From positions 1 to 36,922 of the IMG/VR virus record IMGVR_UViG_3300037851_000155: a DNA stretch of 36,922 bases, one strand, 5' to 3'. The notes under the pieces were generated by a model. It worked only from the letters and a program-made list of their open reading frames with translations. It made no database searches and was not told where the DNA came from. Origin of the DNA: a virus (taxonomy: Duplodnaviria > Caudoviricetes). The translations under genes were made by a program, and so were the position numbers. This document shows positions 25,040 to 34,064 of this stretch, piece by piece (position 1 is the stretch's first letter; the number at the start of each line of letters is the position of its first letter).

Positions 25040-26643
25040 TCCGGGTGACGTTCACAAACGGATCGACCGGAACGGAGTACGATGTCACCGGGCGGATACA
25101 TCCTGGGGACGGATTGATCGTGACAGACGAGATCGAGAGGCAAGCCTTTCAACGGGTGGTCGGAGATGTCCAGATGCGGCTGTCGAACATGGACGGCTTC
25201 TTTGACTCGCTGTTGCTCACCTCGCCGGCCAGTGTCCTCTGGCGGATCCGGGTCAGTGAGGATGGCGGGGCAAAGTGGGCGGGGATCCTGGACCGGCCCT
25301 CGGTGGTGTTTGATAAGAAGGGGAAGTGGGTGTCGGCTACGGCTTTCAGCAACGCCAAACGAATGTGGGAGATCGCGGCCCGGACCCGGGTCACGTTGGA
25401 CCCGCTTGATGTCCCGACAACCGGACCCTTTGCCGGGGATCCAGAGCCAGAGTTTTTGACGGTGCAAGACGTGATGAATAGCCTGGTAGGGCGGGACAAT
25501 CTTTCAGATGGCTATACGCTGTTCCGGTACCTGGACCTGACCGTGTACGCGGATCGGCAGATTCGCGGCTTTGGTGACAGCACGACCTGGGGGAACGCCG
25601 GCCGATGGGTTGACTTGATGCCGGATACCACGGTGGCGGAGTTGTTGGAGGCCATGTCGCAGTATTACAATGCCGAGTTTTACATCGACCCGGCGACCTC
25701 GACCTTGAAGATGTACCCCCGGCTGAAGCCGTCTTTCGTGAGTGCAATCGACCTGGACCCGTACCTTGACAACAAGACGGAGCCGACCTTTTACCTCCAA
25801 GATTCCTCGAAGGTGGACTATGTGAGGACCTACGGGCCGGCCTCGGTTCCACCTCCGACCCTGGTGAAGGTGGAAGAACTGGAGCGAACGTACTCAAGCG
25901 AGTTTCAGGGTGTCACGCCGTTGAAGTACCATTACTACAAGGTGGTAGGCTTTATCGCCGGCAACGCCAGGGCGGAAAGTCCGGCCCTGGAGGTGTACCT
26001 GGGATCCACGGTTCAAAGTGCGAACGGATGGGCCGTCACGGTCAAGGTCCCGGCCTTTGATGCCGCGTTCACCGAACGGCGGTTGTATCGGAAGTCCTGG
26101 AGTACCGGTCGATGGTATCAGATTGACACCTCGGCGGGTGGCGTGACGGAGGATACAGTCCGGGATTTTATTGCTAACCCTGCTCTGACCAATTACCCCG
26201 GATGGTATCCTCCCCAGGATTTCACGGTGGATGGGACGTTCCATGCTTACAACCGCTATGACGAAGAGGTTGCCGCCTGGGATACGCCGATCACTGATTA
26301 CGGATCGACAGCAGTTGACGGTGAGGTGTTTGACGTTGTTCCCCGGCTAAGATTCCAGGCTCCGCCAGGATCCGGGACCGAGAAGCCGCATGATCCGTAT
26401 GACACGTATTCCTTCTTCAACCGGGACATGACGTACACGAAGATCACACAACAGTTCCGAGATATGTTCGAGACGAAGCGGAGGATCGTTTGTAGGCTCA
26501 AAGGGACAAACTGGAGTATGTACCAGGTTGTCCGGTCAAAGGTGTTTCCGAATGATCTGACGGCGGATCCACACATGATTATCCGGAAGGTAGCCGTTGA
26601 CCACATGGCCAAAGAAACAGACGTTGAATTGGTGACTCTATGA
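25036..26643 (+). CDS. tail tip / hub-like structural protein
   Basis: directly after TMP; GDVQMRLSNMDGFFD, VAELLEAMSQYYNAEFYID. Confidence 0.6.
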   Translation: MIRVTFTNGSTGTEYDVTGRIHPGDGLIVTDEIERQAFQRVVGDVQMRLSNMDGFFDSLLLTSPASVLWRIRVSEDGGAKWAGILDRPSVVFDKKGKWVSATAFSNAKRMWEIAARTRVTLDPLDVPTTGPFAGDPEPEFLTVQDVMNSLVGRDNLSDGYTLFRYLDLTVYADRQIRGFGDSTTWGNAGRWVDLMPDTTVAELLEAMSQYYNAEFYIDPATSTLKMYPRLKPSFVSAIDLDPYLDNKTEPTFYLQDSSKVDYVRTYGPASVPPPTLVKVEELERTYSSEFQGVTPLKYHYYKVVGFIAGNARAESPALEVYLGSTVQSANGWAVTVKVPAFDAAFTERRLYRKSWSTGRWYQIDTSAGGVTEDTVRDFIANPALTNYPGWYPPQDFTVDGTFHAYNRYDEEVAAWDTPITDYGSTAVDGEVFDVVPRLRFQAPPGSGTEKPHDPYDTYSFFNRDMTYTKITQQFRDMFETKRRIVCRLKGTNWSMYQVVRSKVFPNDLTADPHMIIRKVAVDHMAKETDVELVTL

Positions 26644-27356
26644 ACAAGTATAGTCCGACCTACATAGCGGGATCCGGCCGGCCTCGGTTGTTGGTGATCG
26701 AAGAAACGGACCTTTATACCTCCGGTGTCGCGACCACCTTTACATCGACCTCAGTTCAAGAGACAAGCGGAACCTGGCCGGAAGTTCAGGCCGGTATGCG
26801 AGTCGAGTCGGTTGTCGCAGGGGCCTCTCATGATGAACCGACCTATGCGAAGATCACGGAGATCAACGGGGATACGCTGACAGTAGATGCCTGGAGTAAC
26901 GGGACCCCGAGCAACGGGGAGATTGCTCATGTCAACGGGTGGGTGATCGACCTCCCCTATTGTCGAAAACTGGTCGAGACATTCTCGCCGGACGTTCTGA
27001 TCCATGAGTTGTACGCGGGGGACGCGGGATCCAAGTTCGAGACGGAGTTCCGGGGATGGAAGTATGGGGCGGTCCTGGACTACTCTGACTACCTCAGTGG
27101 GGACGTGATGCTCGACCTCGGGCCGGCCCTCAGTCAGAAGTTGACGGATCAGTTGGCCCTCATTCCTCGGAAGGACGAGCCGGCGTTTGTTTACAATGTC
27201 TTTTACGATGGTCCAGTTGACATGGCATTGTTTGGCCGAACCCCTGGTTATCAAGGTGTTGTCTTGACCTTCCGGGGACAAGAAAATGTACCGAGTTGGC
27301 CTCTCAGTGGAGGCTACGGGACGTTGTATGCCACAGATTACGGAGATCGACTATAA
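26640..27356 (+). CDS. tail structural protein (distal-tail-like)
   Basis: synteny; beta-rich; C-terminal GYGTLYATDYG motif. Confidence 0.5.
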   Translation: MNKYSPTYIAGSGRPRLLVIEETDLYTSGVATTFTSTSVQETSGTWPEVQAGMRVESVVAGASHDEPTYAKITEINGDTLTVDAWSNGTPSNGEIAHVNGWVIDLPYCRKLVETFSPDVLIHELYAGDAGSKFETEFRGWKYGAVLDYSDYLSGDVMLDLGPALSQKLTDQLALIPRKDEPAFVYNVFYDGPVDMALFGRTPGYQGVVLTFRGQENVPSWPLSGGYGTLYATDYGDRL

Positions 27357-27368
27357 GGAGATGGGACC

Positions 27369-28178
27369 ATGCCGCGAGTAGCCACAACCAACCTTAGCCT
27401 GGGGACCTGGGCTCAGAACGAACATCCGGGAGCCGGAAGTCAGTCAGTTGACAGCAACGGCTTGAATGGTAACTGGTTGAAGTTAGACACGGCCGTTGGG
27501 GTCGGTCACAACGCCGATGGATCGCACAAGTCGGGGGTGATTGACAAGGCACAGTTGGCAACCAGTGTGGCGGACGGCTCCACGATCGAGAAAGATGTGT
27601 CGGTCGGGTTGAAGGTCAAGGACGGTGGCATCACAAAGACTCAGTTGGCTACCACTGTCGCAGATGCGAGTACGATCGAGAAAGATGCCTCAGTCGGCCT
27701 CCGGATCAAAGACGGAGGGGTGACAAAGGCGAAGTTGGCAACGGCGGCGGCAGATGCGACCACGATCGAGTTAGATTCGGGAGTCGGGCTACGGGTCAAG
27801 GACGGCGGAATCACCCTGGCCAAACTCAGTGGCGAGAACCCGGCACGTCAGCACGTTTATATGGTCACTGACGAGTCGTCCACGATCAAAAACAACGGCT
27901 TGACGATGAACACGACCAACGGGATCCCCTTCCCGGTGTCAGGTCATGTTGTCCGGTTTGGTCACTGCAATCAATCAACGGGAGTTGTCACCTGGGCCAC
28001 GGGATCATTCTCGGCGGATCCGAACGGCCTCCAGTGGAGCAATACCACGAAGTTGCAGGTCGATTACTCCAGCACGAAGTACCGGGTCCTGGCCAATGGA
28101 TCGCCGGGGGGGAGCAACCTGGAGATAACAGTCAGTCGGGCGGACGGCTTCCTGGTCATTTGGGTTGAAGTGGACTAA
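27369..28178 (+). CDS. tail fibre protein with 30-aa repeats
   Basis: AAGGAG RBS; TTNLSL...NGNWLKLD and HNADGSH N-terminal fibre motifs; repeats. Confidence 0.7.
   Translation: MPRVATTNLSLGTWAQNEHPGAGSQSVDSNGLNGNWLKLDTAVGVGHNADGSHKSGVIDKAQLATSVADGSTIEKDVSVGLKVKDGGITKTQLATTVADASTIEKDASVGLRIKDGGVTKAKLATAAADATTIELDSGVGLRVKDGGITLAKLSGENPARQHVYMVTDESSTIKNNGLTMNTTNGIPFPVSGHVVRFGHCNQSTGVVTWATGSFSADPNGLQWSNTTKLQVDYSSTKYRVLANGSPGGSNLEITVSRADGFLVIWVEVD
27546..27827 (+). repeat. three 90-bp (30-aa) imperfect tandem repeats
   Basis: K.[QK]LAT..AD..TIE.D..VGL[KR][VI]KDGG[IV]T x3. Confidence 0.85.
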
Positions 28179-28699
28179 TGCGAAAGATCTTTTTCCCGGA
28201 CAGCGTAGACGATTTCGGCCTCCACCAGGAACGGGAGGCCCGGAACCTTGTAGTGTCGAAGGAAGGGGTCCTGGACCTGGAGGATGTTGCTATTGCTCTC
28301 CGGGAGGTGCAACGGTACCTGGTCGAGAACCCGATCAGTAGCACGACAACGGGGGAGGATAATTCCGGGCTTGCCGGGAGAGTCGCGGTCCTGGAGGCGG
28401 CTGTCGCGGCTCTCCAATCGGATGTCGCCAGTTTGGATTCCCGGGTTGATGCCCTGGAGGGAGCGACCACACCGCACGTTGAAAAATATCTTGCGGAGGA
28501 CGTTGTGGCGGGGATCGGATACACCTTCAACTTTGGGACGACTTATGTTTCCTCCGATGATTACATGGCGATTGTCCAGGGCTATGACTACTCGGGGGAT
28601 CCGATCGCGGTTGCAGTGACAAAGTATTCGGGCTCGGTGTTTGTGGATCCTCTCGAAGATTGCGAGAAGGTGTTTATCTATTGCGTACCGATTGTGTGA
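28178..28699 (+). CDS. fibre-like protein with coiled coil and C-terminal beta domain
   Basis: LAGRVAVLEAAVAALQSDVASLDSRVDALEG heptads. Confidence 0.6.
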   Translation: MRKIFFPDSVDDFGLHQEREARNLVVSKEGVLDLEDVAIALREVQRYLVENPISSTTTGEDNSGLAGRVAVLEAAVAALQSDVASLDSRVDALEGATTPHVEKYLAEDVVAGIGYTFNFGTTYVSSDDYMAIVQGYDYSGDPIAVAVTKYSGSVFVDPLEDCEKVFIYCVPIV

Positions 28700-28707
28700 G
28701 GATGCCG

Positions 28708-29727
28708 ATGAAACGATGGCTTTTGGCCGCGTTGTTCCTGGCTGTTTCGGTCGGTTACGGTCAATCCTATGATTCCCCGAAGTACCGGGACCTCAAGATG
28801 CAACGCTCGGTCCTGGGGGACAGTAGCGGAACGCCAACCACGTCCGGGAGGGCCGGGAGGCTGTTTGCGAAAGGCAATCAAGGTTGGTGGATGCTGTTGC
28901 CGGACGGTCAAGTGTTTCAGATCAAGGACACGCTCTGGATCCTCCAAGTCATTGAGGATAGTTCGATGTTGGTGTATTCCAGTAGCGGCCGGATCATTCG
29001 GGACAGTTCGGGAGTCCTGGTCAATTCTCTGTTGGAGCAATCGGGGAACGTCACAACGGTCTACGGGCCTTTGAAGGTCAGTGGATCGACAGCATACCTC
29101 GGGCTCCCCTCGCTCACAACGGCAGAACGAAACGCTCTCACGGCGATTGCCGGCTACATGATTTACAATTCAAGCGTTGACTCAGTTCAGGTGTACTATG
29201 AGTCGGCCTGGCACAACCTCGGGGAGGGCGGGAGTAGCCCGGGCGGGGTCCCGGATTCGGCCGTTGTCGCAAGACGAGCCTGGCGGGGACCGGATGATTC
29301 GCTGTTCTTGCCGATGGAACCGTACCCGGATGTCGGAAGTGGTTGGCATTTGTATCTCGGCTCAAACGATACGGTCGGGACAGAGGAAGGGAACAAGGGG
29401 GTCCTGGGGATCTACTTTGGCGGCGGCGGTGACACGATGATCACCAGTGAACGGTACCCTCTCGGGATCATGCCCTACGCTATTGACGTAGACTCGATTG
29501 CGGTTGTGACGATCGGAACGGCTTGTGATGTGGAGGCGGAGGTGTGGTACGGAACGGATCCCAATGGCACCGGAACGGAAGCCAGTAGCGGCAACGTATG
29601 GGACCTGGGGAGAGAGGTGTTGAATGTGAATTTTACGGTCCCGGCCTCCAACGCGGTGTGGGTCACTTGGTCGAACCTGACAGACATCCCCAAACGATGG
29701 CTGATGGTCCTTTATGGCCGGAGATAG
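28708..29727 (+). CDS. signal-peptide-bearing fibre-like protein
   Basis: MKRWLLAALFLAVSVGYG|Q; internal LPSLTTAERNAL...GYMIYNS...YYESAW fibre motif. Confidence 0.7.
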   Translation: MKRWLLAALFLAVSVGYGQSYDSPKYRDLKMQRSVLGDSSGTPTTSGRAGRLFAKGNQGWWMLLPDGQVFQIKDTLWILQVIEDSSMLVYSSSGRIIRDSSGVLVNSLLEQSGNVTTVYGPLKVSGSTAYLGLPSLTTAERNALTAIAGYMIYNSSVDSVQVYYESAWHNLGEGGSSPGGVPDSAVVARRAWRGPDDSLFLPMEPYPDVGSGWHLYLGSNDTVGTEEGNKGVLGIYFGGGGDTMITSERYPLGIMPYAIDVDSIAVVTIGTACDVEAEVWYGTDPNGTGTEASSGNVWDLGREVLNVNFTVPASNAVWVTWSNLTDIPKRWLMVLYGRR

Positions 29728-30426
29728 ATGATGAAACGGATCCTGGCTCTCGCATTGTTGGTGTCGGTCCAGGCCCTCGCTCAGTCGGGCGGTTGGTTGC
29801 CTTTCTACAAGGCGAACCGAACGCCTGGGGGAGGCACAAGTTGTGACGGTCCGCCTTTTTATACGGACCTGTCAGCCCTGACAACCGGGAACCTTGACGG
29901 ACAAGCCGGATGGGTTGACAAGTCCGGAGCCGGGAATTATTTCCAGGTTGTCAACGGAAGCGGTGTGTACGGGGCGGAAGCGACCTGGTCAACGGTAGAG
30001 TGTGCAATCGACACGGGCAACTGTCAGACAACCGATCAAGACCAATGGGTTGCTTTCATTTTCAAGCAGGGATCCGGCACTCCAGGGGGAGGATCCAGTT
30101 ACGGGATCGCAGGACGGTGCAACGCGGCCGGCGACTCGATGATCTGGCTTGGCTATGATAAGTCGTCCGGCCTGTACCTGGGATCGCAATTAGGCTCCAG
30201 TTGGTCGCAGTATACCTGGACCTCGGTAACGCTCAGTGACGGTGATTCGGTGACGATGGTTCTGAATGGAACTGCAATCACGGTTTACCAGAACAGCACC
30301 TCGCGGATCAGTTACTCGGATGCCGGGGTGTTCAACAGCGGGACCGCCCGGTACATGGGATTGATGTCGATAGGTGATGAAAGTCCGACTTGGTATATCC
30401 TCCGATGGAGGGGAGGCGATCCATGA
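29728..30426 (+). CDS. signal-peptide-bearing beta-sandwich (lectin-like) protein
   Basis: MMKRILALALLVSVQALA|Q; ConA-like pattern (LDGQAGW, DQWV, ITVYQN); 4 Cys. Confidence 0.7.
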   Translation: MMKRILALALLVSVQALAQSGGWLPFYKANRTPGGGTSCDGPPFYTDLSALTTGNLDGQAGWVDKSGAGNYFQVVNGSGVYGAEATWSTVECAIDTGNCQTTDQDQWVAFIFKQGSGTPGGGSSYGIAGRCNAAGDSMIWLGYDKSSGLYLGSQLGSSWSQYTWTSVTLSDGDSVTMVLNGTAITVYQNSTSRISYSDAGVFNSGTARYMGLMSIGDESPTWYILRWRGGDP

Positions 30427-32231
30427 CCGCCTGGATCCTGGCCCTGTTGATGTTCTTTCCGGGCCAGAAATATGTGTCAGCCTCGGCGGGATCCGGCGGT
30501 GACGGTAGTTTCTCGGATCCCTGGCAGTTGTCCTATGCCTTGCAGAACGCCTCACCTGGGGACACGGTGAATTTGTTTGCCGGGACGTACACGGCCTCGG
30601 GATCGGGCGTTGCGGTGTTCGAGTTGGAGGTTTCCGGGACAGCCTCGCAGTGGATTGTTTTCCGGAACTACCAGACGGACGTTTGTAGCCTGTCCTCGTA
30701 TGAGGCCCTGAATGTGACGGACCGGCACTATTGGGCGATCGAAGGCTTGCGGTTTCACATTGAAACCGGTGCGGCCAGGATTAACTACGGGTCCTCCTGG
30801 TGGATCCTGAAAGACTGTCGATTTTACGGTGACAGTGATTACCCCTCAGATGGTGATTCCCCATACTATTCCTTGGGGATCGACAGTTGTTTCTATTTCC
30901 GGATCTACTCGACCCTTGTGGACCGGGAAGATGGTGACAATACACCCGATGAAAACTATATCGGGGACGGTATCCGGATCACGACCAACAGCCAGTACGG
31001 CACAGTTGAAGATTGCGAAGTTACCCGGGTCGGCCACGTTGCCCTGGCCCTTGATGCTGATTACCAGACTCACCCGCACGGGAGGGCAAACGGTGACGGC
31101 CGGGTCAAGAATATGGTGCTGCGGGACAACCGGCTCCACTACATACACACCGGGACCGGCGGTGCTTTTTGGGCTGAATGGAATATGTGGGAGGGGAACC
31201 GGGTATGGTACCCGGAACGGTGCCTGGCATCCCGGGGAGGCAACGCTTTCCAAGTCAGCACAAGGTACAGTGTCTTTCGGTTCAATATCGGTTGGAACGA
31301 CACAACGTATGCGAGTAGCGATTGGGGGAGTTATCATCAGACCGCCTCGCTAATCAATATGTATAACGATGTTGACAACAATGACGGCAGACACGCTACG
31401 TTCAGCAATCGCAGTTACCAGGAAACGTACTACGGGGAGAACGACAGCCCGGTAGGGCATGGCCGGGTAGTCCAGGGATTCTACCAGGACGGCTTTGACC
31501 AGGATGCCAATGACCGGCAGTTTGATGACAACAAGTTCAAGATGGTCATGTGGGTCACGCCGGAGGATACTGTTGCCGTGGTTCATCACAGCCTGGCGAT
31601 CACAAAGGCAAATTGGGATTGGTTGTTCGAGAAGTGTCTGTTTTACCGGCCTGGGGCCGGGGACATCTGGAGGGGCTTTTGGTCGGGTGATGCAGACTTT
31701 GAGAACTACACCCTCGCGGAGTTGGTGTCGGCCATGCCCTCAGCCTACGTTGACAACGTAGTCGATGATCCCGAGTTCGTTGACGTGACGAACCAGGGCC
31801 CGAGCAAAGATTTCAGTCTGTCGGAAGGATCCCCGGCGATTGATGCCGGGATTGCCCTGACACTCACGAACGGATCCGGCTCCAGTAGCAACATTGTGAC
31901 GGTAGATGATGCCTCATGGTTCTTCTTCAACTGGGGAGGGATGCCCTGGGAACGGGGGGACAGCGTTTTGATCCGCAGTGGATCGACAGATGTACGGGCG
32001 GAGATCGACAGCATAGACTACACGCTCAACCGCCTGGTGTTGGTTGCGAGTACCACCTGGGCTGACAATGACTCGGTGTACCTCTGGAAGTCATGGCGGT
32101 CCCGGACCGGGCAGTATATCACAAGGTTCAGAGGCTCCCGGCCGGACCTCGGGGCAATAGAATACGGAACAGATGAAGGAGGGATACCGGCTTACCTCCG
32201 CCGGCGGATCTTGATTCATAGGGAGGGGTGA
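30423..32231 (+). CDS. right-handed beta-helix (pectin-lyase-like) protein with short hydrophobic leader
   Basis: MTAWILALLMFFPG|QKYVS..GSGGDGSFSDPW, PGDTVNLFAGTY, IEGLRF, DFSLSEGSPAIDAG, PDLGAIEY. Confidence 0.8.
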   Translation: MTAWILALLMFFPGQKYVSASAGSGGDGSFSDPWQLSYALQNASPGDTVNLFAGTYTASGSGVAVFELEVSGTASQWIVFRNYQTDVCSLSSYEALNVTDRHYWAIEGLRFHIETGAARINYGSSWWILKDCRFYGDSDYPSDGDSPYYSLGIDSCFYFRIYSTLVDREDGDNTPDENYIGDGIRITTNSQYGTVEDCEVTRVGHVALALDADYQTHPHGRANGDGRVKNMVLRDNRLHYIHTGTGGAFWAEWNMWEGNRVWYPERCLASRGGNAFQVSTRYSVFRFNIGWNDTTYASSDWGSYHQTASLINMYNDVDNNDGRHATFSNRSYQETYYGENDSPVGHGRVVQGFYQDGFDQDANDRQFDDNKFKMVMWVTPEDTVAVVHHSLAITKANWDWLFEKCLFYRPGAGDIWRGFWSGDADFENYTLAELVSAMPSAYVDNVVDDPEFVDVTNQGPSKDFSLSEGSPAIDAGIALTLTNGSGSSSNIVTVDDASWFFFNWGGMPWERGDSVLIRSGSTDVRAEIDSIDYTLNRLVLVASTTWADNDSVYLWKSWRSRTGQYITRFRGSRPDLGAIEYGTDEGGIPAYLRRRILIHREG

Positions 32232-32567
32232 ATGGACAATCCAATGGTGTACGTTGCATTGGGGACGTTCCTGGGAGGGATCATTGTCAGCATTGTCACG
32301 AAGTTGCTTGGCCGCGACCGGGACACGATCGAGAAAAGGATGGATCGGGCAGAAGCGAAGATTGCCGGGGTCCATGATGAAGTCGCAGACGTGAAGGGGA
32401 ATTACAATGCGAAGTTTGCAAAGGTCCACGATCATTTGAACCGGGTCCACCTGAACATCCAACGGGACATCGGGGACATCAAGGTAGCACTTGCGAGATG
32501 TCCGGTGAACAATGTCGCGGAAGGGGCAAGGCAATCACACTCAACTGATGAAGGAGGTTGCGTATGA
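32232..32567 (+). CDS. single-TM coiled-coil protein (holin/antiholin-like)
   Basis: N-terminal TM helix, coiled coil, ARCP end; next to the holin. Confidence 0.6.
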   Translation: MDNPMVYVALGTFLGGIIVSIVTKLLGRDRDTIEKRMDRAEAKIAGVHDEVADVKGNYNAKFAKVHDHLNRVHLNIQRDIGDIKVALARCPVNNVAEGARQSHSTDEGGCV

Positions 32568-32965
32568 AGGCGATCACGGATTTCTTGGTCGGGAAAAAGA
32601 CGTACATCGTCCTGGCCGTTGCTCTGATCTTCAACCTCGGGGTGGCCCTGGGCTTCTGGCCCGTTGACAATCAGACCTGGGGGGTTGTGGACAGCATCTT
32701 GATCTTCCTCGGCCTCGGGACGGTCCGGGCCGGCATGAAAACAACGGCCTCGAGCCTGGACATTTCCGGGACGGTTGGCTTTCTGTCGGGCTACAAGACC
32801 TACATTGTTGTTGTGGCCGGGATCGCGTACAACCTTCTGATATTGTTTGGGGTTATCACGCCGGAGTGGCCGGGCCTGGCAGTGATTGACGAGTTGTTCT
32901 TGGCCCTCGGCCTCGGGACCTTCCGGGTTGCTCTGGCCGGCTACACAAAGGGGCCGGCACAATGA
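32564..32965 (+). CDS. holin with internally duplicated 2-TM domain
   Basis: AAGGAGG RBS; FL.G.KTYIV...LGLGT.R occurs twice. Confidence 0.7.
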   Translation: MKAITDFLVGKKTYIVLAVALIFNLGVALGFWPVDNQTWGVVDSILIFLGLGTVRAGMKTTASSLDISGTVGFLSGYKTYIVVVAGIAYNLLILFGVITPEWPGLAVIDELFLALGLGTFRVALAGYTKGPAQ

Positions 32966-33546
32966 AGTTCAATGGTGAGGTTATCATCCTGGCGGTTGTA
33001 TTCGTGATCCTGGCGGTCGGTGCCGGGATGTGGATTGAACACGCCCGGTATGATCGGATGATTGCCTCGGCCATACCGGACACCGTTTGGCGGAACGCGG
33101 ATACGCTCCGCCTCACAGAGTTATCCCTGGTGATCCGGGACCTCCGGGCGGATCTTGTGTCGATGAAGTCTCATATTCGAGTTACAGCGGAACAAGCCCG
33201 GTCCGCCAGGGCTTTTTACGATAGTTTGGCCCGGGCATTTGAGGAACGGCCAGGAACCGCGACCCCGCCGGTTGCAGCCTTCCGGGCAAGCCGGGACACC
33301 TCGGTCCTGGGGATCCGGGAGGGCAAGCCCCCGGTCCGGATCCCGGTCCGGTTGCACGTCTCGGGGGAGTATGAATACTACCCGGCCAACATTGTCCGGA
33401 GCCTGGAGATGTCAGTAGACTCAATCCGGGTCCCGGTGGAAGAACGGGAGATACAACGGATCATTGTGGAAAAGGAGTTTGCGTGGGAGTACGTGGCGAT
33501 CGCCGGGACCGCCGGCCTCGCAATAGGGTTGCTGATAGGGCAGTAA
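32962..33546 (+). CDS. spanin-like membrane protein
   Basis: N-terminal TM, coiled coil, beta region, C-terminal hydrophobic WEYVAIAGTAGLAIGLLIG; follows the holin. Confidence 0.45.
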   Translation: MKFNGEVIILAVVFVILAVGAGMWIEHARYDRMIASAIPDTVWRNADTLRLTELSLVIRDLRADLVSMKSHIRVTAEQARSARAFYDSLARAFEERPGTATPPVAAFRASRDTSVLGIREGKPPVRIPVRLHVSGEYEYYPANIVRSLEMSVDSIRVPVEEREIQRIIVEKEFAWEYVAIAGTAGLAIGLLIGQ

Positions 33547-33573
33547 GTCAATCATCCATAGGAGGGCAGTAAA

Positions 33574-33999
33574 ATGGCGAGTGTGATCTACAATTCCTTC
33601 AAGCGGGACATCATGAACGGGTCGATCGACCTGGACACTGACACAATCAAGTGTGCGTTGGTCACGTCCAGTTACACCCCGGACCAGGATGCCCATGACA
33701 ACTATGATGACATCACAAACGAAGTTGCCAACGGCAACGGCTACACCACCGGGGGGCAGGCCCTCGCGAACAAGGCGGTGACGGCAGACAACACTGACAA
33801 CGAAGGGGTGTTTGATGCCGATGATGTCACCTGGAGTGCGAGTACGATCACGGCCAGGGGTGCTGTCCTCTACAAGGACACCGGAACGCCCTCGTCCTCG
33901 AAGTTGATCTGTTATGTTGACTTCCTGGCGGATTACAGTAGCAACAACGGCAACTTCACGATCCAGTGGGCCTCGGAAGGCATCCTGAATCTGAATTGA
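33574..33999 (+). CDS. phage fibre subunit (Gp80-like)
   Basis: AGGAGG RBS; IDLDTDTIKCALV, NEVANGNGYTTGG, FDADDVTW, TARGAVLY, NGNFTIQW. Confidence 0.75.
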   Translation: MASVIYNSFKRDIMNGSIDLDTDTIKCALVTSSYTPDQDAHDNYDDITNEVANGNGYTTGGQALANKAVTADNTDNEGVFDADDVTWSASTITARGAVLYKDTGTPSSSKLICYVDFLADYSSNNGNFTIQWASEGILNLN

Positions 34000-34009
34000 T
34001 GCTGTTCAT

Positions 34010-34037
34010 GGGGAGTTTCCGGTCGCGGAGGCTCCCC
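34010..34037 (+). other. hairpin after the fibre-subunit gene
   Basis: GGGGAGTTTCC-ggtcgc-GGAGGCTCCCC, then TACTTTCCTT. Confidence 0.55.
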
Positions 34038-34064
34038 GGCTACTTTCCTTAGAGGGGTCCCGAT

